From Candidatus Omnitrophota bacterium (GTDB lineage: Bacteria; Omnitrophota; Omnitrophia; Omnitrophales; Aquincolibacteriaceae), in contig JAKLIQ010000005.1 of the NCBI GenBank assembly GCA_022709525.1, positions 71,966 through 135,965 of the forward strand: a stretch of DNA of 64,000 bases, given 5' to 3'. The notes under the pieces were generated by a model. That model searched no databases. It was given only the letters and a program-made list of their open reading frames with translations, and was not told where the DNA came from. Every line of letters starts with the position of its first letter. Position 1 is the first letter of the stretch. The position numbers and the translations under genes were made by a program. Below are positions 10,541-19,868 of the stretch, piece after piece.

Positions 10541-11038
10541 TCATTTTCGTACCTCCTCTATGGTGTTGTGTCCGGCGTTTCGACGGCCCAACTTGGTGAT
10601 TTCACCGCGATAACCCGTAAAGCTTGGAACGTAATTAAATTGGTACCCCATGCCTTGATACACCCGCGTGATCATCTCAAACGCTCTTTCGCAATGAGTT
10701 TTCGATACATAGGGATAAACCGTCATGTAACGCTTCAAATACCTGAAAGCATTCCGTGTGGATTTCGGCGCGGTTGTCGCGATAAAGTGATGCTCGATCT
10801 CATCGAGGAAGAACGCGCTTTTCATCATGCCGAAAGAGTCCCGAGGCTGGATATACTGCATTTTCATGAGAAGGAGCATCATTTTATTGTTAAACCAAGC
10901 GCGAACAACGTTGTCTAACTTATAGCAACAGCGTTCTTTTTCGATATTCTTTGATAAAAGCATATTACTCATTTCTGTATTATTTTTTTCATTTTTATGA
11001 TTGCTTGTTTCCGTTTCTTTATCCATCGTTTGGTTCAT
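10541..11038 (-). CDS. Hypothetical protein with a low-complexity N-terminus and a C-terminal R-x4-H (RRNAGH) HEPN-like motif.
   Basis: 165-aa ORF in an AT-rich region. The N/K/E-rich N-terminus and RRNAGHN near the C-terminus are reminiscent of the HEPN Rx4-6H motif. This is a weak inference. Confidence 0.35.
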   Translation of the reverse strand: MNQTMDKETETSNHKNEKNNTEMSNMLLSKNIEKERCCYKLDNVVRAWFNNKMMLLLMKMQYIQPRDSFGMMKSAFFLDEIEHHFIATTAPKSTRNAFRYLKRYMTVYPYVSKTHCERAFEMITRVYQGMGYQFNYVPSFTGYRGEITKLGRRNAGHNTIEEVRK

Positions 11039-11179
11039 CCTTCCCTCTTCTAAAACGAACTATGCCTGATATTTTTTCGTAAGTCAAATAACAGAGCCTA
11101 CTTATATATGATTTAATTCTGTTTGTTTTAAACGCTGTTTACGATTGCTCATTTCGGCATTCTGTGCTATCCTAAGGGT

Positions 11180-12553
11180 ATGTATACGTATCAGAGAATC
11201 TGGAAAGACTACAAAGCGGACTTCTATAAACGAAACCCCCGGTTTCCAAGGGAAAAATCCTTCTCAGTAGGCCGAGCCCTTTGGGCAATCAGTAGACAGA
11301 AGAGAATCAAGTTCCTTGAAATCGCTCAAAAAACGGGAATGCTTGAGGGAAGCATCCTCAGAATGAGCTCTTCTCACAAGCTGACGACTACCCCCGAAAG
11401 GGTTAAAGCTCTAACCGAAGCATTAGGCGTTGGCCTTGATGAATTCTTTCGTTCGGCTCGTGAAGAGTTTTTCGGGAATTTCTTCATCACCAAAGCGATC
11501 ATGCCGCCCGAAAAGGAAGTAAGGGAGTACGCAAGGCAGGGGCTTTTTCTTCAAAAACAATCGGTCCTGAAATACCCGGCTACCGATACGCCCGATTTTC
11601 AAGTGATCGTTTACTCTCCCCCAATCGAAAGTCTTGATGATTTTTTTTCGGCAACAATCCTGCTTTCACCGGGAAAGAGCATAAAGGACTGCTTGCTTCC
11701 AAGACCTGCGACAATTCATCTCCCCGTAATAAACGGAAATATCGAGATCAGATCGGAACATGAAACAAAAACGCTGCTCGCCGGACAAACAGCGCATTTT
11801 AATGGGGGCGTGAAACACTCGATTGTTAATCTTTCGAAAGATCGTACCGCAGAAATCCTGATTAGCTTTGCGCCAACCCTCATGCTTGCGCAGGAAATAA
11901 AAGATTCACCCTCCACAACATCAACCGAAAATCTCAACATATCACGCCTTGTGAAACAAACTCAAAGCTGGCTCTCACCGGCTCCAGAGATTTCGCTTCC
12001 TATAAGGGAAGTCGCGCTTTTCGCGGGATTTAAAACGAGGGATCTTGCTTTGCTATCACAAACAAAGCTCAGCAACTACCCTCTTGAGAAAATGGAACGG
12101 CTCGCCGAACTTCTTAAAGTTCCCATAGAAAAACTCTTTAAAGGCGATCCTTTCAACCAAAGACTTAATATTGAGATCACATCGGCTTCCGAACACGGCG
12201 CTTACGATTATCGGGCCCGGCATGGAATGACGTTTTATCCGTGGATTAAATTAGGTGCCGAAAAAAAAGAACTCTTTATAGGACAAGCAACATTCGATGC
12301 TCAATTCCTGCAACAAACCGCTATCGGTAACGAGCCGAGAGAAAAGATATGGAAGGGATTAAACCGTGGGTATCTGCTTGCCAAGGGGCTAAATGGGAAG
12401 CTTGGAGTACATGCGGGCGAGCGGCACAACTATACGAATATTGACCGGGAGGATACGGTGTATCTCGATATGAGCCTTGGATTTTCCGTCAGAAATTTCT
12501 CCGCTGCGGAACCGGCGAACTTCTTTCTGGTATCAAACGCTTCCCTGTTTTAA
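11180..12553 (+). CDS. Duplicated HTH(XRE)-cupin regulator.
   Basis: 457 aa. Two HTH-like segments (near residues ~40-90 and ~265-310), each followed by a beta-rich cupin-like region (e.g. IHLPVINGNIEIRSEHETKTLLAGQTAHFNGGVKHSIVN). It is the only long plus-strand gene in this block. Confidence 0.5.
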   Translation: MYTYQRIWKDYKADFYKRNPRFPREKSFSVGRALWAISRQKRIKFLEIAQKTGMLEGSILRMSSSHKLTTTPERVKALTEALGVGLDEFFRSAREEFFGNFFITKAIMPPEKEVREYARQGLFLQKQSVLKYPATDTPDFQVIVYSPPIESLDDFFSATILLSPGKSIKDCLLPRPATIHLPVINGNIEIRSEHETKTLLAGQTAHFNGGVKHSIVNLSKDRTAEILISFAPTLMLAQEIKDSPSTTSTENLNISRLVKQTQSWLSPAPEISLPIREVALFAGFKTRDLALLSQTKLSNYPLEKMERLAELLKVPIEKLFKGDPFNQRLNIEITSASEHGAYDYRARHGMTFYPWIKLGAEKKELFIGQATFDAQFLQQTAIGNEPREKIWKGLNRGYLLAKGLNGKLGVHAGERHNYTNIDREDTVYLDMSLGFSVRNFSAAEPANFFLVSNASLF

Positions 12554-13344
12554 ACCTGAATAAGGTTACCCCAGCGTCTTATCGCCGCAATAAAATCGTC
12601 GAGATTAACGGGCTTCGTTAAGACCTCACAAGCACCCACCCCGAGCAGACGATCTTTCTCATGGAAAAAGCTAGTAAGACCGGTAAATACCTTTATCGAG
12701 GAATAATCGGTGGATGCTTTCATTTTTTTGATAAGCGCATCCCCGTCCATTAGCTGCATTTTAAGATCCGTGCATAACACGTTCGGTTTGAAAAGTTTGG
12801 CGATTTTGAGGGCTTCTTCGGGAGAATGGGCGGGCTCCGCTTCCGCTCCTTCGGCTCTTGCGAGTTCCACGCTGAAATCGGCCACTTCAGGTTCATCATC
12901 TACGAAAAGAATGCGAAGATTGCTTTCGGGAACTTTCCGGTTTTTCAAACCCAAAAGGTCCTGTTTCGAGAGAGCCAATTCCTCCCCGATCATGGCTTCC
13001 AATTCGCGGTTCGTTTGGTATGCACTCGATTTTTCGACAACACGAACATTAAGGCTTTGGACCTGCTCGCGATAATTATTCAGATAACCCGTAACGACAA
13101 TAACGCGAATGTCCGGCATTATTTCCCGCATTTTAGTGATGACTTGGATACCGTTGATGCGGGGCATCTCAAGATCAATGCAGGCAACGCTTGGGCGATG
13201 AGCCTCGACAAGACGAATCGCTTCTTCCTGATTCGTGGTGCCCCAAGCGACAAAGCCGCGAACTTTAAGAGCCGATTGAAGGGCTCTTACGTTTATTATC
13301 TGATCATCCAAAATTAACGCGGAATAAATCTTTTCGTCAGCCAT
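12550..13344 (-). CDS. Response regulator with two tandem receiver (REC) domains and no output domain.
   Basis: 264 aa. ILDDQ...CIDLEMP...IVVTGY and ILFVDDEPEV...CTDLKM...TKP show two sets of receiver Asp/Lys signatures. It is a paralog of 18349..19137, sharing the nucleotide string atcaatgcaggcaacgcttgggcgatg. Confidence 0.8.
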   Translation of the reverse strand: MADEKIYSALILDDQIINVRALQSALKVRGFVAWGTTNQEEAIRLVEAHRPSVACIDLEMPRINGIQVITKMREIMPDIRVIVVTGYLNNYREQVQSLNVRVVEKSSAYQTNRELEAMIGEELALSKQDLLGLKNRKVPESNLRILFVDDEPEVADFSVELARAEGAEAEPAHSPEEALKIAKLFKPNVLCTDLKMQLMDGDALIKKMKASTDYSSIKVFTGLTSFFHEKDRLLGVGACEVLTKPVNLDDFIAAIRRWGNLIQV

Positions 13345-13348
13345 ACCG

Positions 13349-13846
13349 TTAGTTATCCTCCCACTGTTTATTTTTTAATTCTTCCTTAATCTCGCGAATA
13401 TCCTGAAGCAATTCTTCCGTTTCCGTGCGTTTAGCCTTTTCTTCGGCCTTACGGCGTTCGTAATCTTCCAGAAAACGAGCCCGAATTAGATCGTGAACGG
13501 CATTGCGGATTTGAACCATCCGAAAATTGGAAGAATTAAGAGTCGCGTGCGCTTCGCTTTCAAGAGCGGGTTTTGTGTGAATATTATTGGACTCCAAAAG
13601 CAAGAGAAGTTTTGGAGAAGGAACGATCTTGCGTTTTAAATCTAACAAGATTTCCGGGGAGAGATCCGGGTTATCGTCACCGTTTATGATAATAACATCG
13701 ACCTCTTCGCGTTTCCCGATTTCAACGGTTTCAGCAGCAGTCGCGGCCCGATAAACCAGATAGCCTTTCATGAACTTCGTAAAGATATTCTCGATACGAT
13801 TGCTAACCTCTCCCGTTTTATCAAACGTAAGAATTTTAAAAATCAT
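13349..13846 (-). CDS. Receiver-like domain protein with a coiled-coil C-terminal tail.
   Basis: 165 aa. DVIIINGDDNPD in a CheY-like fold context. K/E-rich C-terminus. Its start overlaps the upstream HK stop (ATGA). Confidence 0.5.
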   Translation of the reverse strand: MIFKILTFDKTGEVSNRIENIFTKFMKGYLVYRAATAAETVEIGKREEVDVIIINGDDNPDLSPEILLDLKRKIVPSPKLLLLLESNNIHTKPALESEAHATLNSSNFRMVQIRNAVHDLIRARFLEDYERRKAEEKAKRTETEELLQDIREIKEELKNKQWEDN

Positions 13847-16158
13847 TGCAGCTCTTCCTCGTCCTTCCAGATCGGAAGCTTGATGATAAACGTGGTGCCT
13901 TTGCCAACCTCGCTTTGAACCAAGATTTTCCCTTTATGCTGGCCTTCAATGATCGCTTTTACGTTATAAAGACCTTTTCCTTCCCCCTCAGAACCCTTGG
14001 TCGTAAATCCATAATCGAAAATCTTGGGAAGAACGTCAGGAGGAATTCCCTTCCCATTATCGGAAAATTCAACGCGAACCATGTCTTTATCATCAGGGTC
14101 AAGCATCGCACGAATTTCGATTTTCTTGGGAAAAATGCCGTCCATAGCATGAATGGAATTTTTGAAAAAGTTAATGAAAACGGCCTTTAAAAGTTCCGTG
14201 TGACCGCGAACCGAAGGAAGCTCGCGAGGAGCATCGACTTCAGGGGGATTCTCAAAACCTTGAGTTTTTACGCGATCTCCATACGTCCTGAGCATACCTA
14301 TCGTCACAATCCCTTTTAAAAAGGTTCTGATAGAAATGCGGCCCATTTTGGCGTATTTGCCCTTGCTGATCTCGGCCAAGGTGCGAGCCACATCATCAAT
14401 ATGCTGACTAGCCTGTTGAACGATGATAATGGCACCTAACGCTTCCTCAAGATTCTCAAAAAGCTCTCGCTTTTGACGAACAGGAACAGCATCGCCCGAC
14501 CTATACCATAGCTTCAAAGATTTACCGATATGGTCAAGTGCCGCTGCGACTTGATCGGCATTGTTGGTCAAACCATAGATGGAATTTTTGATTTCATGGT
14601 TAATACCGCCGGAAAGAGCAGAAACGGCGGCCTCCTCCTTCGCCTGAATGACTTCCGCTTGGGTTCTTTTCAATTCATCGTTCATTTGCTCAAGCTTTAT
14701 GTTTTGTTCGATGAGTTCGTCGTGCTTACGGGCATTTTCAAAAGCAATGGCGGATTCCAACGCAATCGTTTGAAAGAGGTTAATATCCTCCTCGTTATAA
14801 GTTTCATCGGATTTTTTTCCATCCAACACTAAAAGGCCCTGAAGCTTACCCTGATAAAAGCTGGGCACGATGAGATGTGCGCGAAGACGCTTCATGTCTT
14901 CCAACAGTTTTGGCAAATTATAAGAATACATGGCATTTTTCGCATACTTCGTTGCAGCTTCTTCTATCGACTGATATTCCAAATAGGTTTTTTTCTTCTC
15001 GGCTTTCAGATACAAAAGAATCGGCGAATCATATTCCAACTTCTTTATCTGATTAGTCATTTCTTCGGGACGGGATGCTTTTAAAATAAAATTGTTTTCG
15101 CCATTTTCGGGCATATAAATCGCGGCACCTTTGATCCTCGCCCTCAGTGTCAAGAAATGCACCACAAGGCGCAGTTGATGATTCAAACTGTTAATATCCG
15201 CTAAACCTTCACTGGCGATTTTTAATATTCTTCGATAATCAAATTTTTTCTGGAATAGATACTTGTCGGTGAGATTAAGAAGAAGCCGTTCCAATGGGCT
15301 AAAAATTAACGCCGTAGTTATAATCCCTAATAATAAAATAACAAAAGGAGAAGGAGCTCCAAAAACATTTCCTATAGCAACCTGAATTAGGGCAAAAGGA
15401 AAAGCAATTACAGAGACGGCGGCAGCTACTATTCCGGCAAACACTAAGGTCTTTTTTACAATAACTTCAACGTCAATAAATTGATAACGAATCACAGCGT
15501 AAAAAGTAACGCAAACAAAAAAGAAAACGCCCCAAATTCCATAAGGAAATGGAAATAGCTCGATATTATAAACTGGTAAAAAGCAACCAATCCCGCCAAG
15601 ATAACCTAAGGAATTGGCTATTATAAAAAATAATAATTTTTTCTTTTCACCGCCAATCCGCATTCTCGCTTCTAAAAACAATACGGAAAGCGTAAGCATA
15701 ACAAGCAGTACAAATAATGCCGTCCACAAATAAAACAAAGGTCCTGCATTGGGGAAAAAGTGGAAAGTGAATTTTGGAACAACATCCGATATAAATAATT
15801 GGGGTTTTATTAAAATAGAAGCTGATATTATTCCCGCTATAAAATAGGAAATTATTATTACACGCCGCAGCCATTGTTTTTTGCTGTTAATTAAAACGTA
15901 GGAAAAATGCAGAAAAGCAACGGGGATAAATACACCTATAAAATGGCATATCCTTGCTAGCTGATATGAAAGCTCGTGATCTGACACATAAGTGCATGCA
16001 AAAACAAAAAAACTCCAGTGCGCTATGCAGAAAGCATACCAAATAAAATGATGTGCCAACTTTCGATTAGGTGAGTTTCTAAAAACAAATATCGCAAATA
16101 CAAATGCTGTTACAGCAGTAACTAATGCGGATGTGAAATAGTGTTGAGCTGGCGTCAA
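13843..16158 (-). CDS. Multi-transmembrane sensor histidine kinase (N-terminal ~300-aa polytopic membrane domain, GAF-like region, HisKA, HATPase_c).
   Basis: 771 aa. Many hydrophobic helices at the N-terminus. H-box GGINHEIKNSIYGL. C-terminal G-boxes DNGKGIP and GSEGEGKGLYNVK...GKGTTF. The N-terminal membrane part is markedly AT-rich. Confidence 0.85.
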   Translation of the reverse strand: MTPAQHYFTSALVTAVTAFVFAIFVFRNSPNRKLAHHFIWYAFCIAHWSFFVFACTYVSDHELSYQLARICHFIGVFIPVAFLHFSYVLINSKKQWLRRVIIISYFIAGIISASILIKPQLFISDVVPKFTFHFFPNAGPLFYLWTALFVLLVMLTLSVLFLEARMRIGGEKKKLLFFIIANSLGYLGGIGCFLPVYNIELFPFPYGIWGVFFFVCVTFYAVIRYQFIDVEVIVKKTLVFAGIVAAAVSVIAFPFALIQVAIGNVFGAPSPFVILLLGIITTALIFSPLERLLLNLTDKYLFQKKFDYRRILKIASEGLADINSLNHQLRLVVHFLTLRARIKGAAIYMPENGENNFILKASRPEEMTNQIKKLEYDSPILLYLKAEKKKTYLEYQSIEEAATKYAKNAMYSYNLPKLLEDMKRLRAHLIVPSFYQGKLQGLLVLDGKKSDETYNEEDINLFQTIALESAIAFENARKHDELIEQNIKLEQMNDELKRTQAEVIQAKEEAAVSALSGGINHEIKNSIYGLTNNADQVAAALDHIGKSLKLWYRSGDAVPVRQKRELFENLEEALGAIIIVQQASQHIDDVARTLAEISKGKYAKMGRISIRTFLKGIVTIGMLRTYGDRVKTQGFENPPEVDAPRELPSVRGHTELLKAVFINFFKNSIHAMDGIFPKKIEIRAMLDPDDKDMVRVEFSDNGKGIPPDVLPKIFDYGFTTKGSEGEGKGLYNVKAIIEGQHKGKILVQSEVGKGTTFIIKLPIWKDEEELQ

Positions 16159-16162
16159 TTTC

Positions 16163-17152
16163 TTAATTCCTCGCGAAGCAATATTGCATAATTTTTAAAG
16201 GCTCATACTTTAAGTTAAGACTCGAAGATATAAACCCTGCACTCTCAAATATCTTCAAAAACTCTTGTTCGGTTCTATAAACCAACTCCCAGTCCCCTCC
16301 CCATTCCATGAAATGTCTTGCGGGGTTACTCCATTTATCCCGATAATTTGAAATGATCAATAAACCGTTAGGAACTAAAAGTTTTTTAAGATTGGCCACC
16401 AACCGAGTCGATATTTTTTCATCCAAGTAGTCAAAAAGTCCTGTGGAAAATATTAAATGATATTTTTCCGAAAAATACCCTTCAATGTTTTTAGTTAAAG
16501 CTAATTTAATAACATTTTTTTGAAGAAAACATATTTGTTTATTAAAAGTCTTTGTTTTCAGTTTGGACTTTGAATGTTCGATAGCATTTATATCGTGATC
16601 CAAGCAATCCATTAAAACATTCCCCCCTAATTCTTTTGCTTGGTCATAGAACTCGATAATATCAGTACATGGACCTGATGCCAGATCCAAAATTCGAATC
16701 TTGCGTTTTAAAGCATTCTCTTTAGAAAAATCCATTAAAAATTGCTTAAAGTCTTCTTTTCGATTTCTCGTTGCTACGGAAGCTGATGCTTTTAAAAAGT
16801 AGTTGTCCATACATCGTTCAATTCCAGTAGTGTTGGGGGAATTTTTATAAATCTCATCAATAATCATAAAATCGCCATGATACCCATACGGTTTATCAAT
16901 TACATGACGATTGTATTTTCCTAAGCGTATAAGGTCTCGGCAATGCTGGATGAACAAGTGCTTCATTTCATATACTTTACTTTCGTTTGATTCATTATTT
17001 TTCTCAAAATTCGAAAGCCAGTCAAAAACTTCATCAAGAATACTATCTATGTCTTTTTGAGCGTTTTGCCAACCATTAGGCTGAATTTCTAATTCTTTTT
17101 TAACTTTTTCTATTTTCCCTTTATACATCTGAATCATCTCGGAGATATTCAT
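16163..17152 (-). CDS. Class I SAM-dependent methyltransferase with a ~140-aa helical N-terminal domain.
   Basis: 329 aa. Motif I ILDLASGPCTD. Post-I acidic DCLDHD. Motif LIISNY. Not CheR-like (no AxSxGCSTGEE). Very AT-rich gene (~33% GC). Confidence 0.7.
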   Translation of the reverse strand: MNISEMIQMYKGKIEKVKKELEIQPNGWQNAQKDIDSILDEVFDWLSNFEKNNESNESKVYEMKHLFIQHCRDLIRLGKYNRHVIDKPYGYHGDFMIIDEIYKNSPNTTGIERCMDNYFLKASASVATRNRKEDFKQFLMDFSKENALKRKIRILDLASGPCTDIIEFYDQAKELGGNVLMDCLDHDINAIEHSKSKLKTKTFNKQICFLQKNVIKLALTKNIEGYFSEKYHLIFSTGLFDYLDEKISTRLVANLKKLLVPNGLLIISNYRDKWSNPARHFMEWGGDWELVYRTEQEFLKIFESAGFISSSLNLKYEPLKIMQYCFARN

Positions 17153-17156
17153 TAAA

Positions 17157-17552
17157 TTACTTCTTTCTTTTTTCTATGAGAGCATTTTTCACGGCCAAAA
17201 GAAGCTCTTGTATATCGAAAGGCTTCATAATATAGGCGTACGGCATAAGAGCTTTTGCTTCTTTTTCTTTTAGTTCATCTGCAAATCCAGTAATAAAAAT
17301 CGTTGGGATGTTTTCCATTTTTTTTCTTAAAAAGATTTCTCTTAATTTTAAGACGGTTTCAACCCCATCAAGTCCCGGCATTCTAATATCGGATATTATT
17401 AAATCGAAATTTTCTTCTTCCGCCATTTCACAGGCATCTTGTCCTTTCTTAGCAATAAAAACATCGTACCCGGTTTTTTCCAAAACCCTCGAAAAAGTTT
17501 TTGTTAATAATTCTTCATCATCAATCACAAGTATTTTTTTCTTGTCGTCCAT
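17157..17552 (-). CDS. Single-domain CheY-like response regulator.
   Basis: 131 aa. KKILVIDDEE...LIISDIRMPGLDG...IFITGF...IMKPF. AT-rich. Confidence 0.85.
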   Translation of the reverse strand: MDDKKKILVIDDEELLTKTFSRVLEKTGYDVFIAKKGQDACEMAEEENFDLIISDIRMPGLDGVETVLKLREIFLRKKMENIPTIFITGFADELKEKEAKALMPYAYIMKPFDIQELLLAVKNALIEKRKK

Positions 17553-17576
17553 TCTGGCATCTCTCCATTTATAAAA

Positions 17577-18272
17577 TTAACCGCCTTTTTTCGAATCTCC
17601 CGTTAGGGCTTCTTGAATTTTTTCCATTACCACCGTATCAAGATATTCTAAGTTCAACGGTTTTGTAATGTAATCACTTGCACCCAACTCCTTGGCTTTA
17701 TCAATAACAGGTTGATCCACAACCGCCGTAACCATAATGACCTTTATCTCAGGATTGTACTTTTTTATTTCCTGTAAAACCTGCACGCCATCACGCATCC
17801 CACCGCTTGACAGACGAACATCCAGAAGAACAATATTGGGATTGTATTCGCGTAGGATCTCAAGGGCTTTTTCGCCGGAATCGGCTGTGTAGGACTCATA
17901 ACCCTTGTCGCTAAAATAATCACCGAGAAATTCGATAATCTCGGCTTCATCATCAACACAAAGCAGCTTGATTTGTTTTACTTCTTTTTTACTTTTTTCT
18001 TCCATCGGTCGGTTCCCCATCTGTTGGATTTGAGATTCTGGTAAATTTTTTTGCAAAAACTTTACGACATCGCCGACCTTATGCATTCGTTCCACCGCTT
18101 CATCTGAAATCTCGCGGCCAAATGCTTCCTCAAGGGCGATTACGAGTTCTACTGTATCAAGACTCTCTGCCCCTAAGTCTTTTACAAATCGAGATTCTAA
18201 TTTCACTTCCTCGATTGGTAGTTTCAACAAATCGGCTACAATTCGTCGTACCTTTTCTGCAATGTCATCCAT
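17577..18272 (-). CDS. Fusion protein: N-terminal acyl carrier protein domain plus C-terminal receiver (REC) domain.
   Basis: 231 aa. Residues 1-77 ([30 protein letters not shown]) align near-identically with the E. coli AcpP core ([30 protein letters not shown]), including the phosphopantetheine Ser. Residues ~105-225 are a complete REC domain ([10 protein letters not shown]...VLLDVRL...MVTA...ITKP). Confidence 0.8.
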   Translation of the reverse strand: [231 protein letters not shown]

Positions 18273-18348
18273 TCCGGCCGAATGGTCCTTTCTTGCTCTT
18301 ATTCTTACTGCATAATACCCTTCTGTAGTGCTCTCTACGTGTTAAATT

Positions 18349-19137
18349 TTAGTTCTTCAAAAGCAAAGCCCAGCGCCGCATCGAGTTGATAATGGTCGTT
18401 AAATCAAAAGGTTTGCTCAAAACCTCATGAGCGCCAACCGAAAGAAAACGATGATGCGCATCTGGATCGCCAGTCATTCCAACAAAGATTTTAATCGAAG
18501 GATAACTGCCTAAGCGTATTTTTTTAATTAGTTCATCACCTTGCATTTGCGACATCGTTAAATCGGTACAAACAATGTCCGGCCTAAATGATGATATTTG
18601 AATTAGTGCCTCTCCGGGAGAATAGGCAACCTGAGCTTGAAATCCTTCTTCCTCGGCTATATGCTGCATAAAATCACAAATATCATCTTCCTCGCCCACG
18701 AACAATATGCGTGCTTTAAGATCAGGTTTTTCTCTGGTTTTTAAGGCATCAAATTCTTCTCGCGACAATTCAAGTTCCGCGCAAATGACCTTATCGAGTT
18801 CGTGCATTCCTCTTGAGTCTTTTTCAACAACACGAACCTTGAGAGCATCAACCTCCGCGTGATAAGTGTCTAAATACCCTGTAACTACAACCACACGAAT
18901 ATCCGGCATGATCTCTCGCATCTTTTTGATGACTTCGATACCATTCATCTGCGGCATATCCAGATCAATGCAGGCAACGCTTGGGCGATGGCTTTTCACA
19001 AATTCGATTGATGCAAGAGGGTCTTGAGTAGCAAAAGTCATAAACCCACGCCGTTTTAAGGCTTTCTGGAGAACGGCAAGAATTACGGCATCATCGTCCA
19101 CAAGTAGTGCGGAGTAAGCTATTTCTTTTTTATCCAT
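18349..19137 (-). CDS. Response regulator with two tandem receiver domains (paralog of 12550..13344).
   Basis: 262 aa. LLVDDDAVIL...CIDLDMP...VVVTGY and ILFVGEEDD...CTDLTM...SKP. Confidence 0.8.
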   Translation of the reverse strand: MDKKEIAYSALLVDDDAVILAVLQKALKRRGFMTFATQDPLASIEFVKSHRPSVACIDLDMPQMNGIEVIKKMREIMPDIRVVVVTGYLDTYHAEVDALKVRVVEKDSRGMHELDKVICAELELSREEFDALKTREKPDLKARILFVGEEDDICDFMQHIAEEEGFQAQVAYSPGEALIQISSFRPDIVCTDLTMSQMQGDELIKKIRLGSYPSIKIFVGMTGDPDAHHRFLSVGAHEVLSKPFDLTTIINSMRRWALLLKN

Positions 19138-19170
19138 TTACCGTATCCGGCTTTAATTGATGTTGATTTC

Positions 19171-19491
19171 TTATTTCAACCGCCAAAATGGCCCGATTTT
19201 CCATAAAACAAGAACGCTTGCAATGCATGCAATTATACCTATGACCAAAAGTATTGTAGTCACTTTTAATGCTATTTTGGGTAAACCTTTTTCAGTCTTT
19301 GGCTCCTTAGGTAAAAGAAATTCTGCGCCAATAAATAATGCTAAGAATATTAACGGAGCTGCTGCGTAACTCGGTGGGTAAAAGGTCAATGTAAGAATGA
19401 GAAATAGTGCCGCTAAGACAATCAACGAACGCACAATGATTTTCTCTATAGACATACTTCTCCCCCAAAATTGACCTTTTAAGCCTTTCAT
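19171..19491 (-). CDS. Small integral membrane protein (3 predicted TM helices).
   Basis: 106 aa with three hydrophobic stretches. It is the first gene of the minus-strand signalling operon, downstream of an AT-rich 380-bp spacer. Confidence 0.45.
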   Translation of the reverse strand: MKGLKGQFWGRSMSIEKIIVRSLIVLAALFLILTLTFYPPSYAAAPLIFLALFIGAEFLLPKEPKTEKGLPKIALKVTTILLVIGIIACIASVLVLWKIGPFWRLK

Positions 19492-19868
19492 TATTTATCG
19501 GAACTTTCGGCTCTATCTACAGTTAAATCCTCGCATCTATGCGGTTTCTTAATCTCACCGCCTCCTTTGATACCTAATCAAAAAGATCGCCGATCGTCTT
19601 AAGGAAAAATTTTGCAGTTTGCGGCTCATAGAAAACAAGGCGATCCACCCACTCCAGAAGACGAATTCTCGCGAAACCTTTTCAGCAATATGCAGCAAAA
19701 AATATGTTCTTTTTTTATTTTAAAATAAGAAAATTTTATAAGTAAGGCTTGCCATCGGCAAACGGGCAATGCTTCATAAAGTTACTCTTTGAAATTTTTG
19801 ACTTTCCCAGAGCTCCTAGAAAAATAAGAGAAAATTTATAAATTAAGAACACCTTGCACGGTTGATTA

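Noticed and set aside
19492-19868. AT-rich 380-bp spacer examined for a tRNA/tmRNA gene or integrase attachment site
   Set aside because: No cloverleaf-compatible sequence (no GTTCGAATC-type T-loop, no acceptor-stem pairing) was found by eye. Left as a probable promoter region of the signalling operon.
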